A DNA stretch of 64,000 nucleotides from assembly GCA_964016885.1 (NCBI GenBank), contig OZ024746.1, positions 21,886,001 to 21,950,000 on the forward strand, in the 5' to 3' direction. Source of the stretch: Eledone cirrhosa. Its lineage: Eukaryota. The notes under the pieces were generated by a model, which was not told where the DNA came from, searched no databases, and saw only the letters and a program-made list of their open reading frames with translations. Each line of letters opens with the position of its first letter. The stretch's first letter is position 1. The translations under genes and the position numbers were made by a program. Positions 25,955 through 38,500 of this stretch are shown piece after piece.

Positions 25955-26046
25955 ACCTGTTATGCACATTTCGCAGAGGATTGGCTCAGGGCCACCCATA
26001 GAAGTTATGGACCTGACTCCTTTATAGATCTGCTCTTCAGACTGAC
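25955..26046 (-). ncRNA. Hammerhead motif with long stem II insertion
   Basis: The minus strand reads gtcagt-CTGAAGA-GCAGA...TCTGC-GAAA-TGTGCA-TA-acaggt. Stem I is weak. Confidence 0.6.
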
Positions 26047-27373
26047 GGATCGACAAAGAATATACATATATACAAGCAAGTTTAGAAATAACACTGCATA
26101 GTGTCGGTAAGTCCTGTAAATCAAAGTAGAGATGGAATGAGATGATACAAGCAGAACAAACAAATAATTGTTTCTACGTTAGGCACAAGGCCAGCAATTA
26201 CCCAGTACATTACTGGTACTTTATTTTATCGACCCCGTAAGGATGAAAGGCAAAGTTGACCTCGGCGGGATTTGAACTCAGAATGGCAAGGGCCGTAACT
26301 CTATGCGTCAAAGCATGGCGTTAGACCCTCTACCAATACTGCCAATCCACCGCCCTAGAACAAACAAATAATATCTGATCTTCAGCGGTTCATTTTGAAT
26401 GTTGTCACTCAAGGTAGGTTTTGGCTCATAGTATATTAAGGATGGTAACTGTTACAAACACAATATATCACAGCAGCTGGGAAAATTATCACCGCAACCC
26501 TTCATCCTGGATGGATGAAAGGCAAAGTTGACTTTGGTGAGATTTGAACTCAAAGAGAGCAAAGAGCCAAAACAAATATTGCAAAGCATTCTATACAACA
26601 TTTTAGCGACTCTGCCAATTTGCCACCTATCCAGCACATTTCTTTTTCCTTAACAAAGTGGGTGAGTGGACAATGACAGATGAGTGACATTAATGAAATA
26701 ATAAGTTGAGAAAGAAATGTTAGGAAAACATTAGTTATGACTATGGAAGACAATCATGAATAATTAAACAGAACAATATTTTTAAACAAAAGAAAGTATT
26801 TATCATTAATAAGGAGACAATTATTAATGTAGGCTATTGTCAGACTTGAATAAACTGGTGGATCTATTAAAAGAAAACAAACAAACTTTTCAAGAAATCA
26901 ATGGAAGATATGGGTGGAAAACGACCTCTATAGGGATGTCTGGTGTGGCGGCTGGTGGAAGTAGGAGCCAAATCACTAATCTCTCTCATATCAAATTCTA
27001 GTATCTTAGGAAAAGAAGGACATGTTGGATAACACAGTTTCTAGGTATATATATGGAGGCACATGGCTTAGTGAATAGAGCATTGGCCTTCCAATCGAAA
27101 AGTTGTGAGTTCAATTCTCAGACCGGGTGATGTGTTGTTTCCTTGAGCAAGACACTTTATTTCACATTGCTCCAGTTTAATCAGCTGTAGAAATCAAGCC
27201 AGAATCAGTTCCCGTCCCACCCTTGTAAGCAGGGAAAAGCGGACGTAAAAATGATGAAAAATGATGATATATATATATCTAACTCATGGTAGCATGGAAG
27301 AACCGACGTAAAACGGTGATGATGATGATGTATATATATATATATTTATATATATATGTATATATATATATAT

Positions 27374-27407
<34 letters not shown>

Positions 27408-27601
27408 ATGTATATGTATATGTATATATATATATGTATATGTATATATATATATATGTATATGTATATAAATGTAAGTATGTATGTATATGTAAGTAAG
27501 TGCCGTACTAAGAGTGAGAAATGAAATTTCATTTCATTCTATTTCAACTTATATGTATATATATATATATGTATATGTATATATATATGTATATATATAT
27601 A

Positions 27602-28580
27602 TAGTATAAAAGAGAAAACACAGGTAAGCATAAAGAGAAGGATTTTATCCAGGTATTTATGACCGTTTCATTGGTAAGTGCAACCTTATATTGCTATACT
27701 GCAAATAGCAGCCACTCAATTATAATTGTTGTTCACAGTCCAAATTTTCAAAATAGTGAGTTACTCTTGAAATAATTCTTAATATATAGAGAAAAACATT
27801 TATTTGGAATTGTATTTACTAATATATAGAGAGAGGAATCAGGAGGTGGGGGACAAACAGAATAGTATAGAGAGAGAGGAAGGGGGAGAAGAGTTAGAAA
27901 GTAGAGTGACAAACTGAGATGGAGGGAGGGGAAGAGGTGGAAGGATTCCTTGATCAGTTTTGATGTGTAGACTTCATGTCATGGAATGTGGTGAGTTAAA
28001 GAGAATTAAATTGATCATAGTGGGAGGGATGGATAGAGAGAAAGAGAGAGAGAGAGAGGGGGGGGATATAAAGAGAAAAATATATATATATATAAAATAA
28101 AGATAAAGATAATAATGACAAAAATAAAAGCAAAGAAGGGGGAGAAAGAAGAAAAGAAAAGATAGCCAAGAAGGGGAGGGAAGGAAGGAAGAAAACAAAG
28201 AAATAGAAGAGGAATGAAGGAGAAGGGGGGATATAGGTATTGGTTTTTGTGGGTAATTAAAAGGGTTTAGATACAACAAGAGAGTATAAAGTCTAAGTAT
28301 ATGCAGTTTGTCAGTTGGTAGTAAGGGGTTAAGGGTTCGATGTGCACTTGTAGTGCGAAAACTTCTCTTTGAGTCTATGGTAACAATAAATTGATCTTTC
28401 GATTTTATTGTTGAGTAACTTATTCTTCGAACTGAAGATGTGGAACAGCTCAAGGTTGCATAATCGACAGCTTCTCATACCACTCCGATATGGGGGCGCG
28501 TTCGATAATTTTTTCCACTTCAGGGTGTATTGATGGTTACTTTCCTTCAGTTGCCAGGTCTTGTTTGCAAGGGTAGTTAC
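27602..28580 (-). mobile_element. 5'-truncated Penelope-like retroelement: GIY-YIG endonuclease C-terminus (28329-28580) plus 3' UTR
   Basis: Open frame VTTLANKTWQLKESNHQYTLKWK...PPYRSGMRSCRLCNLELFHIF...LLNNKIERSIYCYHRLK...* matches the T.L...W.LK / W / Y....C.LC..E / LLN...E...C.H pattern of PLE endonucleases. A pyrimidine-rich UTR follows and the element ends at a TA/TATG microsatellite. Confidence 0.72.
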
Positions 28581-28817
28581 ATATACGGCTCAGAAATATC
28601 TCTTTCTTAGAGCTATTTTGTTGTAAGAGACTATTTTGAGTTCCTAACTCAATATATACCTTTGATATACATATATATATGTATACTTCAAGATTGAACG
28701 GAATTCTTACAAACTTGTGGAGTTACCCCTAATCGTATGTTGACAACATCCATGAAACTGGCTTTCTTAACCACAAACTGGATCACAAAAAGCAATTTTC
28801 TGCTTCCCTAACTATAT

Positions 28818-28848
<31 letters not shown>

Positions 28849-29306
28849 ATGTTTAACGTCCGTGTTCCACGCTTGCATGGGTTTGGACGGGGGTTTTCCC
28901 ACTTGAGGCAAGAGTGATTGTCTTGCTCGCATAGGACTGTCTGGCAGGTTTTCTACAGTTGGATGCCCTTCCTAACACCAACCACATTTACAGTGTGGGT
29001 CTGGGAGGTTTTTACCGTGTTGCCTACACGGCCACATTACAGCGTGGACTGTGTGTTTTTTTGTCGTGACACCTACACGATCTCATTTGTTTCGGCCTGG
29101 ATGTTGTGGCACCAACATAACTTTACATAGAAGGGGGCGGTGTGGATGGGGTGGGGTTGGTGGGACGGGGGTGTATTTTGTTAGAGATGCCTACTGACTG
29201 TAGTAGGTTTTACTTTGTATTTAGGTAAGGCGGGTCTTCTCTATTACTGAGTACCGCCAAAGGTCTCGGTCCAGTGACATTGTCTTGGAGAGGTGTAAGT
29301 GTGTGA
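28818..29306 (-). mobile_element. 3' end of the same RTE LINE family
   Basis: Near-identical to 10636-11117, with (CAT)n tail. Confidence 0.85.
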
Positions 29307-30314
29307 GGTATATATATGTATATATATATATGTGTGTATATATATATATATATGTATATTAAATGTATATATTGAGTTAGGAACTCAAAATAGTCTCTTA
29401 CAACAAAATAGCTCTAAGAAAGAGATATTTCTGAGCCGTATATTATAATAGATTATAAAAGAAAAACGAACACAGACATATACATATATGTGTTCAAATC
29501 GTAAGGGACCGGATTCGCTAAGGTGAAAAGAATACTAACTATAGACAATTGTGTTCGCTTGTCTTATATTCTATTATAATATACGGCTCAGAAATATCTC
29601 TTTCTTAGAGCTTTTTTTACAAATTATTTACAGAAGGACCCCAAATTTCATATAGTTTAGGGTTTTAGCAGGTGAAAGTCTGGTCTTTCAGCTGGTGTGC
29701 ACTCAAAATAAATAGTATGCTTCATAATTGTAAAGGGATGTGGCTTAATGGTTATGGGGGTTGGTTCATAGTTGTAAATTTATGAGTTCAATTCCAGGTG
29801 ACATGTTGTGTCCTTCAACAAGACACTTTATTTCACATTGCTCTAGTCTACTCCAATGGCAAAATTGAGTAATTGTTGTGATTCAAAGGGTCAGCCTTGT
29901 CACACACTGTGTCACACAAAATCTCTCTGAGAATTCCATTAAAGGTACATATGTCTGTGGAATGCTCAGCCACTTGCATGTAGTTTTGTGAGCATGCAGA
30001 AATTGATAGACAAGACATTGACCTGTCCCAGATACAAATGGACAAGCTATCGTTCTGTATGCACATACACACAATCATATATACATACATATACATAGTC
30101 ATATATACACACACACATCCATGCATACATACATCATACACACATACATATGTACATACACACATACAATCATGCATGCATACACTTACATACATACACA
30201 TACATACATATTTATGTACATATCAACAACTGAATTATTTGATATTAGTTTGAATAACCAGAAATGTTAGTTTTAACACCCACACACCACTCACATCACC
30301 TCACCCAATAAAAC

Positions 30315-30657
30315 CACCACCACACCACAACTACTTCTACCACCACCACTATGATTACCACCACCACTACTACTATTAAAACTACTACTACACCTACTAC
30401 TACCACCACCATTACTACTACTAAAACTACTACTACACCTACTACTACTACTATTAAAATTACTACAACAACTACTACTATACTACCACCACCACCACCA
30501 CTACTACCATAACAATTACTACTACTACCACCACCACCATTACTACTATTAAAACTACTACTACTACTACCACCATCATTACTACTACTACCACTACTAT
30601 TGCCACTACTACTACTACGACTACTGCCACTACTACTACTATTACTGCTACTACTAA
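30315..30657. repeat. (ACT/ACC)n trinucleotide low-complexity tract
   Basis: Directly visible. Confidence 0.9.
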
Positions 30658-30919
30658 ACATGTGAAAATCACACAATTTTCATGTGAAGGAACTAATAAA
30701 GATTAAAGCCTTTTGTGAAATCTTCAAATGTCATCTCCCTTAGCAAACACCATAGAAGATATCAAATATAAAAGCTATATGCTACCTCACCTCTACATCA
30801 CTATTTGGATTTTATTGAATGTTTTTACCTGATCCTGTAGATCTTGTAGAGTTTGTTTCACCTTTCTTTGTATGTGTACACCTATGTGTGTGTTGAATCT
30901 GTTTGTCTGTTTGTTCATG

Positions 30920-33240
30920 TGTATGTATGTGTATGTGAATGTATGTGCTGTGTATGTGAATGTATGTGCTGTGTATGTGTATGTATGTGCTGTGTATGTG
31001 TATGTATGTGCTGTGTATGTGAATGTATGTGCTGTGTATGTGTATGTATGTGCTATGTATGTGTATGTATGTGCTGTGTATGTGTATGTATGTGCTGTGT
31101 ATGTGTATGTATGTGCTGTGTATGTGAATGTATGTGCTGTGTATGTGAATGTATGTGCTGTGTATGTGTATGTATGTGCTGTGTATGTGTATGTATGTGA
31201 ATGTATGTGTATGTATGTGCTGTGTATGTGAATGTATGTGCTGTGTATGTATGTGCTGTGTATGTGTATGTATGTGAATGTATGTGAATGTATGTACTGT
31301 GTATGTGCTGTGTATGTGAATGTATGTGCTGTGTATGTGAATGTATGTGCTGTGTATGTGCTGTGTATGTGTATGTATGTGAATGTATGTGTATGTATGT
31401 GCTGTGTATGTGAATGTATGTGCTGTGTATGTGTATGTATGTGCTGTGTATGTGTATGTATGTGAATGTATGTGTATGTATGTGCTGTGTATGTGTATGT
31501 ATGTGCTGTGTATGTGAATGTATGTGCTGTGTATGTGAATGTATGTGCTGTGTATGTGTATGTATGTGAATGTATGTGCTGTGTATGTGAATGTATGTGC
31601 TGTGTATGTGCTGTGTATGTGTATGTATGTGCTGTGTATGTGAATGTATGTGCTGTGTATGTGTATGTATGTGCTGTGTATGTGAATGTATGTGCTGTGT
31701 ATGTGTATGTATGTGCTGTGTATGTGAATGTATGTGCTGTGTATGTGAATGTATGTGCTGTGCATGTGTATGTATGTGTATGTGCTGTGTATGTGAATGT
31801 ATGTGCTGTGTATGTGAATGTATGTGCTGTGTATGTGTATGTATGTGCTGTGTATGTGTATGTGTATGTATGTGAATGTATGTGAATGTATGTGCTGTGT
31901 ATGTGAATGTATGTGCTGTGTATGTGTTGTGTATGTGTATGTATGTGCTGTGTATGTGCTGTGTATGTGAATGTATGTGCTGTGTATGTGCTGTGTATGT
32001 GAATGTATGTGAATGTATGTGCTGTGTATGTGAATGTATGTGCTGTGTATGTGAATGTATGTGCTGTGTATGTGAATGTATGTGCTGTGTATGTGAATGT
32101 ATGTGCTGTGTATGTGTATGTATGTGCTGTGTATGTGAATGTGTGTGCTGTGTATGTGTTGTGTATGTGAATGTATGTGCTGTGTATGTGAATGTATGTG
32201 CTGTGTATGTGAATGTATGTGCTGTGTATGTGTATGTATGTGAATGTATGTGCTGTGTATGTGCTGTGTATGTGTATGTATGTGCTGTGTATGTGTATGT
32301 ATGTGAATGTATGTGCTGTGTATGTGCTGTGTATGTGTATGTATGTGCTGTGTATGTGCTGTGTATGTGAATGTATGTGCTGTGTATGTATTGTGTATGT
32401 GTATGTATGTGTATGTATGTGCTGTGTATGTGAATGTATGTGCTGTGTATGTGTATGTATGTGTATGTGAATGTATGTGCTGTGTATGTGAATGTATGTG
32501 CTGTGTATGTGAATGTATGTGCTGTGTATGTGAATGTATGTGCTGTGTATGTGAATGTATGTGCTGTGTATGTGTATGTATGTGCTGTGTATGTGTATGT
32601 ATGTGAATGTATGTGCTGTGTATGTGCTGTGTATGTGAATGTATGTGCTGTGTATGTGAATGTATGTGTATGTATGTGAATGTATGTGCTGTGTATGTGT
32701 ATGTATGTGCTGTGTATGTGAATGTATGTGAATGTATGTGCTGTGTATGTGTATGTATGTGAATGTATGTGCTGTGTATGTGAACGTATGTGCTGTGTAT
32801 GTGAATGTATGTGCTGTGTATGTGAATGTATGTGCTGTGTATGTGAATGTATGTGCTGTGTATGTGAATGTATGTGCTGTGTATGTGAATGTATGTGCTG
32901 TGTATGTGCTGTGTATGTGCTGTGTATGTGCTGTGTATGTGAATGTATGTGCTGTGTATGTGAATGTATGTGTATGTATGTGAATGTATGTGGTGTGTAT
33001 GTATGTGCTGTGTATGTGAATGTATGTGCTGTGTATGTGAATGTATGTGCTGTGTATGTGAATGTATGTGCTGTGTATGTGAATGTATGTGCTGTGTATG
33101 TGTATGTATGTGAATGTATGTGAATGTATGTGCTGTGTATGTGAATGTATGTGCTGTGTATGTGAATGTATGTGCTATGTATGTGTATGTATGTGCTGTG
33201 TATGTGAATGTATGTACTGTATCTGTTTATGTGTATGTGA
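30920..33240. repeat. Minisatellite, about 21-bp unit (tgtatgtgctgtgtatgtgaa and variants)
   Basis: Directly visible; 7-aa periodic ORFs. Confidence 0.96.
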
Positions 33241-33704
33241 ATGTATGTGTGTTATATTTGTTTATCTGTCTGTTCATGTATGTATGTGTGTGTGTGTGTG
33301 TTGTATCTGTTTGTGTGTTGTATCCTTCTGTACATTAATGTATGTGTATGTATACGTATGTGTGAATATGTATGCGCATATTTGTGTATGTATGTACATG
33401 CGTGTATGTATGTATGTATATGTAGGTATGTGTATGTATTTGTATGTATGTATGTATATATGTGTCTGTGTATGTATGTATGTATGTGTTGAATCTATTT
33501 GTCACCCCATTCATATATATGTGTGTGTATGTATGTATGTATGTATGTATGTATGTATGTATGTATGTATGTATGTGAATGTATGTGTATGGCATCTGTC
33601 TGTCCATTCATGTATGTGTATATGTATGTGTTATCTGTCTGTATGTGTGTGTTGTACCTGTCTATGCATTCATGTATATGTATATAGATGTGTATGCATG
33701 TATA

Positions 33705-34760
33705 TCTGTGTATATATGTGTGTTTATGTATATATATGTGTATTGTATATATATATGTGTGTTTATGTATATATATGTGTATTGTATATATATATGTGTT
33801 TATGTATATATATGTGTATTGTATATATATATGTGTATTGTATATATATATGTGTGTTTATGTATATATATGTGTATTGTATATATATATGTGTGTTTAT
33901 GTATATATATGTGTATTGTATATATATATGTGTGTTTATGTATATATATGTGTATTGTATATATATATGTGTGTTTATGTATATATATGTGTATTGTATA
34001 TATATATGTGTGTTTATGTATATATACGTGTATTGTATATATATATGTGTGTTTATGTATATATACGTGTATTGTATATATATATGTGTGTTTATGTATA
34101 TATATGTGTATTGTATATATATATGTGTGTTTATGTATATATATGTGTATTGTATATATATATATGTGTTTATGTATATATATGTGTATTGTATATATAT
34201 ATGTGTGTTTATGTATATATATGTGTATTGTATATATATATGTGTGTTTATGTATATATATGTGTATTGTATATATATATGTGTGTTTATGTATATATAT
34301 GTGTATTGTATATATATATGTGTGTTTATGTATATATATGTGTATTGTATATATATATGTGTGTTTATGTATATATATGTGTATTGTATATATATATATG
34401 TGTTTATGTATATATAGGTGTATTGTATATATATATGTGTGTTTATGTATATATATGTGTATTGTATATATATATGTGTGTTTATGTATATATATGTGTA
34501 TTGTATATATATATGTGTGTTTATGTATATATATGTGTATTGTATATATATATGTGTGTTTATGTATATATATGTGTGTTTATGTATATATATGTGTATT
34601 GTATATATATATGTGTGTTTATGTATATATATGTGTATTGTATATATATATATGTGTGTTTATGTATATATATATGTGTATTGTATATATATATGTGTGT
34701 TTATGTATATATATGTGTATTGTATATATATATATGTGTGTTTATGTATATATACGTGTA
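33705..34760. repeat. Minisatellite, about 39-bp unit (gtgtgtttatgtatatatatgtgtattgtatatatatat)
   Basis: Directly visible; 13-aa periodic ORFs. Confidence 0.96.
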
Positions 34761-34863
34761 TGATTAGTTTCCTTTATTATTTGATTTTAGCTCTTACATT
34801 TTTCCAGTTTTTTGTTTGATCTTGGTCTTCTTATTGCTATAAACGTTTTATTAAGATTCTAAT

Positions 34864-34894
<31 letters not shown>

Positions 34895-35170
34895 TGTGTA
34901 TATGTATATATATATATATTTATGCTAGTAAGGAAAACGGATGTTAAATGATGATGATGATGATATACAAGTACATATATGTATAAAGTATATAGATATA
35001 CATAGATACATATATGCTGTATATACATATTTACACACACACATACACCATTCTGCAGGTTTTTGCTTTTGCAGGTCTTTTTGTTGTGTCTTTTTTTTTC
35101 TTTCTTCTATTTTCTTACCTTGTCTATCCTACAGGCAGTTTATCAATACTTTCTACTTCACCTCCACATA

Positions 35171-35558
35171 ATGACTATTAGATTGGATGCTATCAACTTA
35201 CCATTTTCTTTCATGTCTATACAAAGTGTTGGCCATTTGACATTGTTACTAACTACATTCTTCATACTACCACAAGACAAATCAATCTCTTGTTCAGCTA
35301 TTGTGGCATGTCAGCCAATTCTACCATGTCAAAAATGTGACACTCACTGGTTAAGAAATTACTGGAACCCCAGTCGATTCTTTCTCTGTTTGAATGGAAG
35401 AGTATATCAGGGAAACTGTATAGACAGTAATATATTCTCGTTTACATTAAAATGTTGCGTACGTTCCTTGCAGTTGGAGTGGCAAGGTTGTGTTACAAAT
35501 GACATTGAATATAAACCAACAATTACAGTTCCTCCAACTGTACCACAAAACTATACAG
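35171..35558 (+). CDS. Protease exon: hydrophobic leader, Cys-rich chitin-binding-like module, Thr/Pro linker
   Basis: ...[31 protein letters not shown]...C...[15 protein letters not shown]. Donor G|GTAAGT is phase 1 and joins GACG of the next exon. Confidence 0.78.
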
Positions 35559-38500
35559 GTAAGTGAGAATATCATCATCATTTTATGTCCACTTCCGTTG
35601 CTGGAATGAGTTGAAGGAGTTGTTACAGCGAAGGACTAGACTAGGGAATCATGCCTTACTTATATATTCCATATCTAGCATGGTTTCTACAGCATGATGT
35701 ACTTCCTAATACCAACATCCTGCAACTCTTTCTCTGCCTCTAATCTTGCGCTTTGACCACAAACTCAGGCTCCGCTGCCCGCAATGAAGAGGAGAGGAAG
35801 ATAGTTAAATACCGGAGCTTGACTGACTGTTTCTTCTTAGTACCAGTCTCCATTGAGACTTCTGGTGTCCTTGGTCTCTGCACTGATGATTTCCTCTCTA
35901 ACTAACAGTTGTATGCTTGAGGAAGGAACCCCATGAGATGGGGTGGCTGTTGCAGAAGGTGTCTCTGGCCATTCCCTGTGATAACACCTTTGCCATTTTG
36001 TCCACGGTGTGCAACTGAGACACTGCTCAGACTGGGGTGTGATGTTTGTCCCTCCTCATCCCTTGTGTTGCTTGATTTTTTCTTTTTCTTCTTTCTTTTT
36101 TGTTTCCTTTAATAGCATACTTTGTTTTGTATAAACAGCTTTGTAAAATAAAATGAATCCATAAAAAAAACAACTTTACAGAGTGTACAACATGCCAGCA
36201 TTAGAAATGTCATTATGTGCTCAAAAAATCTCAGGTGTCCTGTTTATATTATATTGTCTCTGTTTAATTACCAACCACTTTACAGAGTGTACTGGGTGTA
36301 TTTTATCATGGCACCAAACACTAGAGAGTTTCTCAGGTATTTGAATGTACAGAAGGTCTTCTCTACTTAATGTTGTCTCAGTCTTTCTGAGGGTAAAGGG
36401 AAACCAAGTGCAGTGCTGGACTTACCTATAAGCTAAATAAACTATAGCTAATGGCTACACACCCTCGAGGGCCTCATTTTCTCAAATATATTTTAAATTT
36501 ATCATTAGTTTTTATTTTGGAACATTTTATAATTAATTTAATTTTGTAAACAATATAAAAAATAATAATCGTTTATAATTATTTTGAATTGTTTTTCTTG
36601 TTCCCTTAAATTGTATTTTTAAACATTTTATTTAGGTTTTATATAATAGTCTAATTATTTTGGGTAAACAAATGCTTTGTGGTATTTGTTCTCGTTCATT
36701 ATGTTCAAATCCTACCAAGGTCAGTTTTGATTTTCATCCTTCCTGGGTTGATAAAATAAAGTACCAGTTTAGTACTGGTGTCAATATAATCGACTTTCCC
36801 CTTCACCCAAATTGCTGGACTTGTACTAATGTTAGGAATGATAATGATAATAATAATTATTAATATTGTGTTTTGATGAAAGTGGAGGAGTCCAGATGTA
36901 ACTCTGTGGATGAATTGGGCTACAGTGTTTATAAGTGAAGGCATGTGGCTTAGTAGTTAGGGAATTAGAGTCACAATCATAAGGTTGCGAGTTCGATTCC
37001 TAGAACAAGCAATGTGTTATGTCCTTGAGCAAGACCCTTTATTTCACATTGTTCCTCTGCCAGGAGTTGTGACTGATAGATAGTATCAATAATGGAAAGA
37101 CCAGTGGAAACATTATTTATTTTCAACCCCACTTGGTAGTGAATGAGGTCTGCTGGGATCTTGTTGATCAACTGTTTGTATGAATGGTAATGGGGTGGTT
37201 ATTTATGCTTTGGAACATTTGAGTATCCACCTACTTTATATTCAGGTGAAAATAAATAAGATCCAGCATTGAATATATATATATTTCTTTTTTTGTTTTT
37301 TGTTTGTTTTGTAAATATTTGTTAACTTGTATAACTACACGTCATTTTCTACTTCGTCTGACACACCTTCAATAACTTTGAATAAGTCTTTGATAATTTT
37401 GTAAACACAAACATGAATTTAACTCTTTTGATAGCAAACTGCCTCAACTCAACCTTGGTCCTGTGATACTAAACTGTTTTTAAAGTGTTTATACTTATAC
37501 TACCACTTTCCATAAGATAATTTAGTTAAGTACTGCTCTAAACATCAGCAAGAAAAAGTAATTCTGAATATGGCAAAAAATGAGACAGTGTCATGAAATC
37601 TGCCTCCTTGCCTGATGATTATATCTAAGATAGTGTGATGATAGACATGACAAACTTCTGTGCCATCAAAGGAGCAATTAAAAAATACTTAGGGCAGGCA
37701 TCATTGGTTTTAACAGGTTCTTTTTTTTTTATTGTTCTGTCCTCACATTCACTTAAGAAGTCACATCACAAAAGTTGATAATTAAAAAGAAAAAAAAAAT
37801 TGGGAAAATGAATATTGAAAGGTAGGAGATAAAAAGAAGTATGAAGGAGTATAAAAGATATGAGTTTATTTTGCATTAAGGATATTTGAATGGTATTACA
37901 TATCAATTATATTTACTATAAAAATTAAATAAAAAAGATTGTGTATCGACATATATTACAAAGACAAAAATTATGAAGTATGTGAACGGTACTTGTTAGA
38001 ACAATCTTTGGGATTTCATAGTTACTAGGTTTACCAGGTATGTTTTCTATAAACTTTTGGGCACCTTACTTTATGACCTCTAAAGCTCCAATCACTACTA
38101 GAATAGTTTGGGTTTTAAAGTGCCACATTCTGTTTATTATTATTGGCAGTATCAGTAGAGGGTCGGATGCCATGCTTTACAGCATAGAGTTACGGCCCTT
38201 TATGATCTGAGTTCAAATCCCGCAGAGGTTAACTTTGCCTTTCATCCTTACAGGGTCGATAAAATAAAGTATCAGTCACACACTGGGTCGATTAAATCGA
38301 TTTTCCCCTCCCCTCAAATTTGTTGGTCTTGTGCCTATATAAGAAACCATTATTTTGGCAGTATTAGTAGAGCATGGGATAACATGCTTTGTAGCATATA
38401 ATTATGTCCCTTTAAATTCTGAGTGTAAATCCCGGTTAAAAAGGTTAACTTTGCCTTTCATCCTTACGGGGTCGATCAAATAAAGTACCAGTAATGCATT

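Noticed and set aside
30812-34819. Many Cys/Val/Tyr-rich or His/Thr-rich ORFs
   Set aside because: Translations of 21-bp and 39-bp minisatellites.
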